In this document: positions 38,580 through 52,100 of the stretch, one piece after another
How positions within the stretch are numbered: the stretch's first letter is position 1
Layout of the letters: every line of letters starts with the position of its first letter
Source: Laetmonice hystrix
Lineage: Eukaryota
Length of the DNA stretch: 64,000 nucleotides
NCBI GenBank assembly: GCA_965235115.1
Contig: OZ249437.1
Location: 18,104,001-18,168,000 of the forward strand
Reading direction: 5' to 3'
Translations under genes and position numbers: made by a program
The notes under the pieces: generated by a model
The model's database searches: none
What the model was told of the DNA's origin: nothing
What the model saw: only the letters and a program-made list of their open reading frames with translations

Positions 38580-38900
38580 CCTTACACCAATCAAGGATCA
38601 GGAAGCTGACTTTGGCCAATAGCGCCCCGGGTCAGCAGGTTGCCGTAAAGCCTTGCGGATGACGTGCTTTGTCCGTAATGAACATTTCGACCAATTGGCA
38701 TTTCATGCTTCCGACCACGAACATTGTGACCTGCGGTAATTGAGACGGCGGTTTCCTCACGTGACCGGACGATCGGAATCTGTACGCATGCGCATACGGT
38801 CAGTGACGCCACGTTACGCTGCGGAGCGCGCGTTCTACGTGCGCGCGCAGCCGACGGGACACGTGAACGGGTCAGTGACTGGCTACTACAGATTCGGCCT
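38580..38900. promoter_or_regulatory. CpG-rich promoter-like island
   Basis: Three CCAAT boxes (about 38587, 38616, 38691), CACGTGAC E-box at 38758 and NRF1-like CGCATGCGCA at about 38785, in dense CpG. Confidence 0.5.
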
Positions 38901-39989
38901 GTCGGGGGTGGGGGGAAGGGGGCACCATCGGAGAGGAACGGCGAACTTTCAACTTAATTTCTCTGACAAACTTCGCTCTTATGTGGGTAACAATACAGGC
39001 CGCAGTATACACATGTCGGCAGTGGTTGATTTATATATACACAGCGGAGATCCGCCTCTGACCTGGGTGATGTTAAGAAACGTTTGGTGTTCACGTTTGA
39101 GACCAGCATTTGTTCAGGCACGGAAGTTGATTTGATGAATGGTGTTTGGACTATAGGAAAAACTGCAACTTTAAGCCAATAAATTTTGAAAGTAAACATG
39201 AAGCAAAAGGCATTGGAGGTTAGATAGCAAAAGGCATTGAAGTGTAGACATTCAAGAGTGAGCTATAGCAACTGTGTGCATGTTTTGGGTGGGCTGCAAG
39301 GGTTTTTTTAATGTGTTTACACTGTCACTATAGCGGCACGAAAAAATTATATCAAGATGGCAAAGAATCCACCCAACATATCGTACAAATGGCAAAATTT
39401 GCTGGAGATGTAATGCAGGCATTATGTTCAAAAGTAACAAGTGTTCATTCAAGTACGTTTCAGAATATATTTGAATCGATAATACTATAAATTGTCGAGG
39501 AAGAATTCTAAGAAGAATTAAACCGCAGGCAAATTTAGCAAAGAGATATACATTAATGACAACCTTTATAGAGTTCCCCCGTCAATTAAAGTAAAATTAC
39601 TGGACTAATTGTTGGTACTTGACGACATATATCACGGAGAATAACACCAAACTGTTTGGTGAACACAATATCATGTTTATACTTCCTACCCTTTCATTGC
39701 ACACAACAAGCCAGGGAATCAACCAGAACCGTTTTGGGATTCCTCATAATAAAGTCAGTAATCATGATTTAGCAATGGCGAAGGGCGGTGTGGCGGTCCG
39801 ACAGAAGTGAGCCCCTATTAAAGGTTAACGGTCTGTCATTCGACAGTCCCCAGTGAGACCACAGTTGGTGGTAGACAGTCCCTAACAATCGTCCACAGCG
39901 GACTCCAACGACAATTACCTTTATGAAAACAGGGACAAGTATCATTTAGACGTTGGTGGGAGCGTTCAGTGTCGTATGGAGCAGTCTGA

Positions 39990-40110
39990 AGAAGGGGCGG
40001 GGCCAGGTATCATCCGGCGGTAATTGAGGCAAGTCGCTCCCGACGGTCGTACATTAGGAACCGGCTGTGGCGGCAGTGGCGGCGGCAGTGGCGGTGGCGG
40101 CGGTGAGTGT
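39990..40110 (+). promoter_or_regulatory. GC-box promoter with candidate plus-strand first exon and donor
   Basis: Exact GGGGCGGGGC at 39994-40003, a GGC-rich leader at 40066-40102 and donor CG|GTGAGT at 40103. Confidence 0.45.
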
Positions 40111-41896
40111 ATTACATGTAGCCGTGAGTGGAGGGTGCCGTCCAGAGACTGACGGGCGTCATTAGCGAAGATTTATCGATGACTAGGTAACCAGGCTATG
40201 ACCGCCCGTCGTCCTGCCGGCCGCCCGTGTCAACCGCCGGCCGACAACGGCTGCATGGCCGGGGCTGTATACCGGAGTGTTGGTGGAGGGAGGGGTGGGG
40301 AGCGGGGGATTTATAACTTGTGCGTCAAGGTGCTATGATACCATCTCATTTAAAACTCTTTTAGTTGGTAATATTGGGAACAAAATATTGGGCTTTAGAC
40401 CCAGAGTTTATATATCGGCCTACAATTTGTTTTGAGACCTCTCTCCCCTGTAGACATGCTTGCAGTCTATAATAACATCTGCGTAATGTGTATTGAATAT
40501 AAAATATTTGTTTTGTGAAATAAGAAAAATGAACGCTGTGGTTTCTAAATATATACTAGTAACAAATATAGAGCAAATAAAATTCTTGGTGTTTTCGTTA
40601 GAGGAAACCCGCATTGATGCATCGAATCGCAAACGTAAAGTCGGCAAACAGTCTGTCTCTACACACGCGCGGCTAACAGCCCCGACTTCTATAAGATATA
40701 GGTAGTCTCAGCCTGTGTTTATGTTCGATATAAAGTCGTTACACATTCTTTAATACAAGTAATTCCATAGATTGTATCAGCTGCCTTCTATAACATTATA
40801 TTTGTGCTGTCTCTACCCTACAATTAACTTGTTAAGGCTGTGATAAAGTTGCAGTCGGTCAATGCCGGGCGCACTTCTATAAGTTCCCGGCCCTCAATAG
40901 CGGAGCGCCGGTCGACCCAGCCCCTAATAGCCCCAGGGTCGGGGCGATATTGCGCTGAGACTGACCGCTCCTATAGGTGCGTTCTACCAGCCGACTAATA
41001 GCAATGTAATGGGCATGTTGTGGCGAGGCGAGAATCCAAACTTAGGTGATCACCACTCCATCCTATCCTCTGATCATTGAATACTCTCCGCCACCGACGC
41101 CCAAGTTAAATTACACCGTCTGAAATTGACACCTAATTCAGGGGCGATGGTCTCTTGGCGCCCGCGCAATCACGTGGATTCTCTATAGCGGCACCGCTTG
41201 GTTTAAATCGGGAGAGTTAATGGCAAGGAAGCTCCCTTTAATGAAGAATAACACGCTCCATAAAGGTAGGCCTTTAATAGGTGGCGCGCGGGCGACCGGC
41301 AGCAATTGGCCTCTCTGAGCTTTCTTAAGTTGCCGAAGATGTAAAACAGCGGGTAGTGATTATAGGTTGGTGAGCGCTGGGCCGGGCTGGTTGGCCGGGA
41401 AACCACCGGTGGGAACCCGCCGTTAATTTGTACGGCCCGTGTTAGGACGGCCTCACCAACCTTGGGGAATGGATGCGTTAAATACGGTCGTGTAGGTTCC
41501 CCGCCTCTCGAGTAGAAGAGCGTGGTTAGAAAGACCAATATCTATACGGACATGGAAATCCTTGTGTTATTATAGCAAGTGTCTTCCTCCTGGGTCATCA
41601 CTCCCAGTGTTTTTTTAAGGTGAACCCGGGACCTGAGACTGACTCTAAACGGAACACACTCTCTCCACATTATACATTGTGACTGTCATCGGATAATTTC
41701 GATCCCCGATCCGGTTGGTTGGTGCGTCAGAGATAATTTTCTGCGTTATGAATTCGGATCCAATTACAAGTTGATATCGTGTTTGTTATCGGTGACGTGT
41801 GTCGATGACTGATGTTAGGGATATTAGTCCCGTGGGTAAACAGTGAGCACTAGTATTAATCTGTCCTCTATGTTCATGCATAAACGACCCTGGACA

Positions 41897-42077
41897 TCTC
41901 TCTCTCCTTCTCTCTCTGTCTCTCTCTGTCTGTCTCTGTCTCTCTCCCTGTCTCTCTCTGTCTCTGTCTGTCTCTCTATGTCTCTCTCTCTGTCGCCGTC
42001 TCTCTCTTCTCTTCTCTCTCTGTCTCTCTCTCCCTCTGCCCCTCTCTCTTCTCTCTCTACCCTTCTCTCTCCCTGCT

Positions 42078-42111
<34 letters not shown>

Positions 42112-42179
42112 GCCCCACTCTCTTCTCTCTCTTCACCCTCCTCTCTCTCTCCCTCTGCCCCTCTCTGTCTTCTCTCTGT

Positions 42180-42221
<42 letters not shown>
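41897..42221. repeat. (CT)n-rich compound microsatellite
   Basis: ctctctctgt/ctctctcc runs ending in a pure (CT)n tract. Confidence 0.95.
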
Positions 42222-42225
<4 letters not shown>

Positions 42226-45200
42226 ACGCCACACGGAGGAAGAAGACCCGCATGCGGTAGAGGCATGCATGCATGGCTTGAAGCTTTTCCCGCCGATCAA
42301 CTCTCATCTTAATTATCCATATCATGCACTCCCAAAACTTTTGTTGAAATACGAAACCGATAGTTTGGTTTGCTCCATGCTTACATTTCTTCTCCTCCAC
42401 ACTTATATTTCAAACACCCATTTCTGCGTGCAGAGAGAGTCGATTACAAGCACACCGTGCACGCGATAGAAGTCACTGCCTGCAGCTGCTGCTCACAATT
42501 GTATACTTGACTAAACTTTCAATGAAGATATCCTTATGGCCCAGTAAGTGTCAACTCTACCCTCGGAGGTCTATAGACCTCTCCGGCAACAAATTGGGGT
42601 TTTAATGATAGGTGTTAAACGCGCCGACCTGGTGAGGGCGACCGTTGGCCGGGTATACGGAGCGAATAGGTCGACTCGCCACGCTAAAGGTGACCTTCAA
42701 AATATACCCTCAGACCACACAATCAACGAGATTGTAACCATCTATTTACCTACGACTAACGCTTAAATATACACACTTTAATATAATAATGATATGAATG
42801 TGTGTAACCAGATACACCTATATAATAATAATAATTATGTTGTTAGCGAATTTGACCAAAAAATATATAAATGAAATCAGATATAGGCTTATATACATTA
42901 CGAATAGTTTAAGGGTTAAAAAACGGTTGGATGATGTCCATAATATAGAATGTCCTGTATGCAATTTTAACTGTATATTATGCATAACGTATAGGCCTAC
43001 GTAGGCTATAATTAACTACACCAAAATCTGACGCTATATGCGCCAGATTTGACGAACGCGCACTGGTCTGCATGTATGCATGCCTGCTGCTATTTTTAAT
43101 TCCCAATCTCAATCTGACATGGGCACACACACCCATTACACGTGGGTCGTACACACGATTAGAAAAGTTATCCGTTATCGAATCCGTTCATATCGACTTC
43201 AATCACACATGCATACATGTAGGGTCATTATGTTGATTTATGTGGCTATCAATTAGTTAAACGAAGCAGCGGTTGATTGGCTGAGAGCCGGCTGGGCCTG
43301 GCCAGTCGCTGCACTCATTATTCGTCTGATTATCAGCTGGATCCGCCCGGCTTAAACGTTTGGTTTTCACCGACTGAGGGTTGCTACAATTGTGTCTACA
43401 TTCCGACCTCGCGTACGTCGGTTTGTTTGTCCTAATCAACTTGTCCAGTGTAGCGAACTTCGAATATGACTCATCTTGTCATAACGGAACGACTTTTATG
43501 CATGTTGTGAACAATAATATAAATATTTGTGTTGATGAAATGGATACATTAGAATCAGTAGGCCTAAAGGCCTGTCTCTCAATCAGAGATTCTTCATTAA
43601 ATTTAAAGGTATGTAGCTTTATGCATAAAGTATATAATATAGACGATACAAAGGGCGCACGGCCTTCGATAAAAATTACATTACATTATGGGTCCTTAAT
43701 ATCAAGAAGATAAAATATGAGTATAGTTTTTGAAATAACATTACTATGTCCCGAATCAGCTTTAGAGTAGGACCTAAATCATTATCACTATTTTTTAATA
43801 TATATATTTTTTTATATAGGCCTAGCCGAGCAAAGAAACTGCGTTTTCAGACCCAATTTATGTTCTATAACTAAACGTGTATTCTTTAGACTAAATTTAT
43901 CTTCCTTTTTCGTCGCGGAATGGATTGGCTTGACCTCACATTCAAATAAACATTTTGAAGAAAAAACTCTCTCAGAGAAAAAAAATCCCTTATCCATATA
44001 GGGCCTACTTTTTTAATCGACTATCGATGGATTTATATCAATTACAAGTGAAGGACGGCTTCGCTGGTTTAGTAATTCATTGTTTAGTAACACATTTTCG
44101 TTGAGTTAAAGTTTTCTGCATTTTTCAACGACGCTTTATCAAGGCCTGTATACATACGAGTAGCAGACTCCCCAAAGGCGGCGGCGTCGTTCCGAGGGTT
44201 ACCGGCCGGCCGTGGGGTACGGGCCGTCACCCTGCCCGCCCGCCCGCCCGCCCGCCCGCCACGGTATACGGCGGCGGCGCCGACACCGTTATTCCAATTA
44301 CAGTGACGGCGGTGGTGGCGGCGGGACGCGGGGAGGCCGGGCCGTATTTGATCGTATTTACCTGTCAATCATCATGTCACCATCAGATCAGAGCCGTTTG
44401 TGTGTGTGGTTCTGGCAGCAGGGTATTCACACACGGTGGTCTGAACATTGGACGACCCAGCAACATTTTGTATTTACAGGAACATCTCAAGTGAACGGTA
44501 CACATTTCTACACGCAGTCAAACGTTGTAAACGTCCACCACAGGACTGCCACTATCAAACATTCTGTGGTCGGGGGGTATCCCTCAAACCTAGCTTGATT
44601 TCAAGTTGTAGGCTTGAGGAAAAAATATACGTCCATATACATCAAAGTGATGACAACTATACGGATAATGCAGAACGAATTAGGAAAAGAAAAAAAAAAT
44701 ACCGCTTTTCCTAAACATTTTAACCGCGGGCTTCCCATGTACAATATACAGTTCTTGTTAAATGCAAAACCACTTTGTATAAAATAAAATGAACTTAACA
44801 AGATAATATGAGAATCTTTCTAAAAATATGAAGAAAAAACCAATTGAATTAATTAATGAAAATTATTGTGAATATTTTTCTGTGGATGGTCTCAACAGAC
44901 AAAGAAATGCGGTCGATACCTGTACAATACTGCAACGAAAAAATGGGATTCCCCCGCCATGCAATCAGAATATTTGTTTAGGCCTATATTATCCTTGAAA
45001 AGATTGGTCGCAGGCGCTCATACCAAGTATATCTATTAGTTTTTGTTGTTGAAATCGTCAACATTTCATGAAGATATAAAGGATAGAATAGGCCATGCAT
45101 TTCAAATAAAATATAACAAGAGAATGTAGTCTTCCCTTTTTCAAGCATATACGTCGGATTTTGTTAACTGTATGCAGCTATAAAACATTAAGTATATTTT

Positions 45201-45294
45201 TAGATTGTTCTTGTAATCTTGTAAACCCTATATTGTATATGGACACGCGTTAATCGGAGGTCAGAGGAAAGTGCTATTCATTCTTTTAGTCCGA

Positions 45295-45325
<31 letters not shown>

Positions 45326-45392
45326 CTTTCTGTCTCTCTCTGTCTCTCTCTGCCCCTCTCTGTCTCGCTGTATTTCTCTTTCTCTCTCTGTC
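45295..45392. repeat. (CT)n-rich microsatellite
   Basis: tctctctctc...tgtctctc. Confidence 0.9.
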
Positions 45393-45658
45393 TCGTTGTC
45401 GCAATCAAGCATCAAACGCACGAATTGAAAAGTTTGTGATAATTATAATCACGATAGAAACCCTATAACAGTGAACCTTTTTGAACATAATCCTGAAACT
45501 AATTTCAACATAACAGCGTATTATATTATAAAGTATGAATATTTTTAATGAGTAGTAATTAAAATGGAACCCACCTTGATATCTAAACTCCAGGAACAAC
45601 CGTCATTTTGAAGTGGGATGGCGCGTGTGTAACTTTCTAGATGCCCGGTATTAAAGTA

Positions 45659-45978
45659 TATGAGTCGGGAAGAGTTTGACATCAGACCGTCACCGAGTTA
45701 TGAGTCGGGAAGAGTTTGACATCAGACCGTCACCGAGTTATGAGTCGGGAAGAGTTTGACATCAGACCGTCACCGAGTTATGAGTCGGGAAGAGTTTGAC
45801 ATCAGACCGTCACCGAGTTATGAGTCGGGAAGAGTTTGACATCAGACCGTCACCGAGTTATGAGTCGGGAAGAGTTTGACATCAGACCGTCACCGAGTTA
45901 TGAGTCGGGAAGAGTTTGACATCAGACCGTCACCGAGTTATGAGTCGGGAAGAGTTTGACATCATGACCGTCACCGAG
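45659..45978. repeat. 40-bp minisatellite, 8 essentially identical copies
   Basis: Unit tatgagtcgggaagagtttgacatcagaccgtcaccgagt. Only the last copy differs (atcatgacc). Confidence 0.97.
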
Positions 45979-46765
45979 TGTTGTCACCACGGATACCGAC
46001 GGCCGTAACTTGACGGACTTTGGAGAGCTTGTTCCCGGCGTAATGAGGTCCGGCACACCGGGAACACTGCAGGCAGGCACCGCCGGCGGGTATACGGTCC
46101 ATGTGTCGGCTGGTCGGTGGGGTGGGGCGGGCTGGGGTCTGTACCTGCCGGGAGTCGGGCCGAGTGAGGCCGAGTTTACCCGAGTTAACTCCTCACCTCG
46201 ACACTGTGAGGCGGTGGCCATTAAGTAATTGTCCGACACCGGCAGAATCCAGGCAGAAGATGATAAGAGCCCAGTAATATTATCTCCGGCGGCCCAGCTG
46301 TCCGCTCACCCGAGCCCGGACAACCGTAGCCAGGGCAGAGGTGACCGGAACGTAACGTTACTCTCAGTGACGGGAAGAAAATACTGAATCAAACTGATGG
46401 AGGCGATACCCTGCAGGCCGCCATGTCGATATCTCCATGACGTGGTCCTTTCAATATTGGTGACTCACTTCAAAATATGTGCTGACATGACCCCCGCCCC
46501 TATAGTTTTGTTATGGGGCATATACACATGGATCCTATATACCTACTTTTCCTTCTCTATATGTACCTTACAATAATATTTTTGTCCATCACTGTACCGT
46601 TGTTACGGCAGGGATGGGGAGAAATGTTATTTGGGATGAGTAAATTTAAACTTAGGGTCCTACCTGTCAGCTCGCCTCTTCCATAATCGTGGATCCGTTT
46701 CACATCGAGTTTTCTGCTGGCTTATCCTGTAATATTTCCAAGTCGATCCTCGGCGTGTAATAATA

Positions 46766-47405
46766 ACCGTCCTCAGACGGGTGCAGAATCTCAGGGTATG
46801 TATATACAATATTGTATATTGACCGTCCTCAGACCGGTGCAGAATCTCAGGGTATGTATACAATATTGTATATTGACCGTCCTCAGACCGGTGCAGAATC
46901 TCAGGGTATGTATACAATATTGTATATTGACCGTCCTCAGACCGGTGCAGAATCTCAGGGTATGTATACAATATTGTATATTGACCGTCCTCAGACCGGT
47001 GCAGAATCTCAGGGTATGTATACAATATTGTATATTGACCGTCCTCAGACGGGTGCAGAATCTCAGGGTATGTATACAATATTGTATATTGACCGTCCTC
47101 AGACGGGTGCAGAATCTCAGGGTATGTATACAATATTGTATATTGACCGTCCTCAGACCGGTGCAGAATCTCAGGGTATGTATACAATATTGTATATTGA
47201 CCGTCCTCAGACGGGTGCAGAATCTCAGGGTATGTATACAATATTGTATATTGACCGTCCTCAGACGGGTGCAGAATCTCAGGGTATGTATACAATATTG
47301 TATATTGACCGTCCTCAGACGGGTGCAGAATCTCAGGGTATGTATACAATATTGTATATTGACCGTCCTCAGACGGGTGCAGAATCTCAGGGTATGTATA
47401 CAATA
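46766..47405. repeat. 54-bp minisatellite, about 12 copies, each with a 16-bp palindrome
   Basis: Unit ccgtcctcagacgggtgcagaatctcagggtatgtatacaatattgtatattga, containing TATACAATATTGTATA. Confidence 0.97.
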
Positions 47406-48880
47406 TACAGTATACAATAGGGACCAGCTCCGCTCTGTGGTCTCAGTATACCCTGGCTCACTGTTGGTGGGTCCTCAGCCACGTGTTCGCCGCTGCGGGA
47501 ACCAGTCGGGTCTGACCAGGCGAACCCGCTACCGTTCGGCAATCTCCGCCATCCGAAACATGAACCGTTGAGACTGTTGTCGGTCCCTGCTGTCACTCTA
47601 ATGTCAGTTCGGCGATGGTGCAGAGATCTGCGGGGTAAACCACTGGACCAGTCACACCACACCACGTATCGTCATCTTCATGTACTCATGGATACAGAGA
47701 AGTAAAATCTGGTCGGAGACAAAACTCAAAAGGTGCTAACTTCTCTTGAAATTAAATCATGGTAATGATTCTTTCATTTGTGACGCAGGCTAATGACTCG
47801 TGGGGTAAGTCGGTGGAACAGGGACAGCTCCGATTGGCCCATTGTAGGGGTATTGTCGAGTCAACGACCATTTATCACCGATCGCCACAGTCCCAAGTGG
47901 CGCCCCCAGACGGGCCCAGCCCGGACTTGAATGGCCGTCGGCCGGGCCAGCACACCACGCTCCCCGCCGACACCTGGCCCGAACGTCCCCCCGTAACGAG
48001 CCGCCAATGATATCTTAGTTTTCACTCGCGTCTTTAATCAGTCGACCATTTTCAATTAGATCGTATCGAGCTCCTCTTTGTCAGTGGTCGAGGCGAATAA
48101 AGACCTGATTAGAGGCGAACCGCTCAACTGCCAGTCAGGGTCGGTGAACACGGCCGTTCCGTCGCAAACAGCGCTGTCTTCCAATGAATAATAGCAAAAA
48201 TAAATGTCTTTGATGGTTCACTGACCACATCACCGAAAATCGAGAAATGTGCGAGATGGGAGTGTGGGATAACAAAGAACGTGGTTGTAAAACGGCAACA
48301 TTCCGCTAGAAATGAAGAGAACAAGAGACTATTGGTCGTCTGAGGCCATTGGTGGAGAGTTTAATGTAGAAAACGACCGTCGACGACCGTCAACCGACGA
48401 CCGACGCTTGGTGACGCTTGGTGACGCTATAGGTATATATGGCCAAGTGGGCGTTGTATAGTTATAGGTTCAGTGACTGCACAGCGGGTGAAATTGTTTG
48501 AATACGGAATCGGTGAAAATGTAGGAAATGACTCGAACAGGACGGAATGATATAATATATACGACAGCGTTCGTCTTGGGTGTACGTGGACCTACACGTA
48601 TTTGTATGTATCTATATGTAAGTATTATGATTACAGATTACGTTTGAGTAAACTTGTCTGGCATCAAACACTATAAGTCTATAAGTAAAAACATGTGTAG
48701 GCCCTATATAATGAAAGTTGAACCGGTATAAATACTGGTTGAACCAATCTAAATGTTGGTATGAGTACAATTTAATGAAATAGAATTATACAAAAGGATG
48801 TGTGCACTCATGCTATAGTGTATCTATGTTATAGATTTATGTTCTACCTCGCTCATCGTATTTACATGAGTTATTCAAAA

Positions 48881-49159
48881 TACTATACGCAGTCAACGTG
48901 TAGCCAATCTTTACTATACGCAGTCAACGTGTGGCCAATCTTTACTATACGCAGTCAACGTGTGGCCAATCTTTACTATACGCAGTCAACGTGTGGCCAA
49001 TCTTTACTATACGCAGTCAACGTGTGGCCAATCTTTACTATACGCAGTCAACGTGTGGCCAATCTTTACTATACGCAGTCAACGTGTGGCCAATCTTTAC
49101 TATACGCAGTCAACGTGTGGCCAATCTTTACTATACGCAGTCAACGTGTGGCCAATCTT
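48881..49159. repeat. 31-bp minisatellite, about 9 copies
   Basis: Unit tttactatacgcagtcaacgtgtggccaatc. Confidence 0.96.
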
Positions 49160-52100
49160 TCAGAAACCCAAAATGCAGTTATTATACGCAGGCCGTACAA
49201 GGACTACGATATTACCAACAGATTAATGTAGACATGTGTTCTAATTTATGTTTCCCTTTACTCGGAATGACCTGACTCATCGATATGTCCAGTCAGGATG
49301 CGTGATTCACACCAAATTGAAAAGGTGGGCAATAATTGCACAAAATGGACTACAATGAATAGGTCCTATATTGCTATTTTGTAAAGATATTCCTGTTGAA
49401 AAAGGGAAGAAAAATAAGGAAAAATAGGTCAAAAGAATTCTATATACACTGATTGCCATTTGTATAAGTGTTCACACGACCATAATGAAAAGAAGTTCGC
49501 TGCCCGGACGCATGATTTAAAGTCTTCGTTCTCAATGTCTTGCTTGTTTTTGGATATTTTTTCTCCAAGGAATACTGCAGTATTTTTTTCCAGATGACCC
49601 TGTTCCCGCAGAAGTATTATAGGGACTGAGATGGACAACATATTCATTTGTCACAGGTCAAAAGAAATGAAACTTGGCCCATATAGCTGCATGGCGTCTT
49701 GTAATATATCATGTTATTTTATTATAAAGTGTCTTCGCTTTAAAGTAAATCACGAGACTTATTTTCATAATATAAAAAAAGTTCTGTATTCATTGCGGTT
49801 AGGTAGTCAGGTGATTAAGAAGGAGAAAAAAGTGTGGTGGGCTGAAAATGAGAGATAGGGAGAAAAAAGACCTATACCCCCTAAAAAATATAGATATAAA
49901 TCCTGATGAATTTGACACTTCTTCAATAAACTGCTCATTAAACTTTGTAAACTGAAAATGTTACCACTTTCGGTGATAATTTTTGTCACGACAGAACCCT
50001 TGCTTCATTTATAGTCGACTTAATCACTTTTGAAGTCATGAGTTGAGTGAAGAATAAAGTTGGTCATTTACTAACAAAAAATAACAGGTTTCCGTGTAAA
50101 CGACCAAGGCTCGACAGCCACGTAGATAAACACTTCAGTATCACACAAACTGCAAGGTGCAGGTTTGCGTCTTGATATAAGTACTGTCAGGTTTAAAGAG
50201 AATAACCGATTTTTTGGGTGAGGTATTTTTGATCGAAAAAGTGTTATTTTATTATCGATGCATGGGAACTTATCCTTAATTATTGTGTAACACCTTTTAG
50301 TGCTGAACGCTTATTTAGATGTATCGAATGTTAAAATAAAACATGTAAGGACATGTTAATTCATAAACATATGCAAGTGCATATTTTATTTTTATATTTA
50401 TATAACTTTTTATTTTCAATCCTCACTATGACCAAATATCTAAACGTAAAAAAAAAAAAATCCTTTCCGAAATCTCGACGATGTACAGTCACGTGATCGA
50501 AGACGATGTAAAGTAAAATTATTGCAATGTACTTAATTTTTTTACTTGCGATCAATTAATTGTCTTTAAATGTGCGATTAAATAAGTATTATAAAACTGT
50601 CTTTTTCCTAATAAGGGGGTCAGTATCACGCTTGATATGATTGGCTATACGGTATAACTTTACTGTCACGACTTCTAACTGTAATAACCATGGTAATCAA
50701 TGAATAATGTCAACTTTGCATAATTATAGATTTAGACCTGTGCACGATTATGAGTCATTTCCTTTAGTGCATGGTTCACGTACATTTAGGGGTATAGAAT
50801 GCCCCCTCCTAGGCCTACCCCGCAGAGTATATGGTCTCAGTTTAATTCTGGCCGATACCGATTGCATATTGCATAATAGATCAAAACTGTCACCATTTTC
50901 CGTACAGATTAGAAATATAGTGAAAGCCATGCGCTCAACTGAATTTAGAGCTTCAATTAAATCTAAAATTGTAAAGAAATAAATGATTGCCAAACGGTCC
51001 TTGTTTGTGCCGTTGTTTCTATAGTTATGACCAGAGATGTTGACGTTTCGTGACCTTTAAGGCCCAGACCATTTGCCGCGTTTAGTAAATCGGCTTCAAG
51101 GTGTTCGACGGAAAATGATGGATAGTAAGGCTATTATTTGTCACGACCGTTTGTGTATAGATTGACAGTTATTGGTGTACATACACTGAGCGTTGACTCG
51201 ATCGATCACCTTGACAACCACTCATGTCGTTTCGTCCATGTGTCATGTGACACGTCGGAATGTTCCGTCATTTCCCGTCAACAATATCGGCAACGCTAGC
51301 CCTGCGTCTCCCGTTATACCGGCGCAGATAATGTAAACATTCATTTGGAGGTTAGTGCCACCCTCATGACAGAACGTGTGGGTGAACCACATGTGTACAT
51401 AAAGACCCACCGAGATGTCAAGGCAATTGAAGACTGCATGTATGCCTATATAAGCCCCATTATGTAACGGGTCCTGCGGTACGCCAGAGACAAAGAAAGC
51501 ATTTGCTATGTCACAGTTCGATGTGATTTGTCGTCAGCGAGGCACATTGACCGCATTCCCAGGCTGACCTCACCGATTCCCAGACTATCACGGCAGATGT
51601 TGACTGGATATGCCAGCTTCATTTCATTCTCAATGAGCCACGGGGGAATTTATTGCAATTTACTTGTTTTCAGGATGTGCCCTGACTCTACATTTCCAAA
51701 TATTACTCAGAAATCGCGCGACAGATCGCGTCGAAGATGGATGACGCGATTAGAGCGGAAGAAAATGAAAGGCGCGAATATCGCAAACGCCTGACGTTGT
51801 AGGCCTATAGCAGACGACAACCGACAGACGGCCAGTATTACGTGCATGACGTCACAACGTTCGATGTGGACGCTCCTTGAGGAGATCTCCCTGATGTTTA
51901 CTCGGCTCTGGCATCCCGTGTTCGGCGTCATAGTGAACATCATCAATCACATGATTGTCATTGTGGCTGGCCACACCCATCCTCAACCCCAGCCACCCCG
52001 GCCATTGAACCTCCCAGATCACGTGACTTGACACCGCCCTATTGTGACCGCCAACGGATGCTGCAGGCTTGCGATATTGGTCAGAACGGGACGGCGGGAG

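Noticed and set aside
45659-49159. CRISPR-like appearance of the 31-54-bp repeats
   Set aside because: The units are head-to-tail with no unique spacers, there are no cas genes, and the context is eukaryotic.
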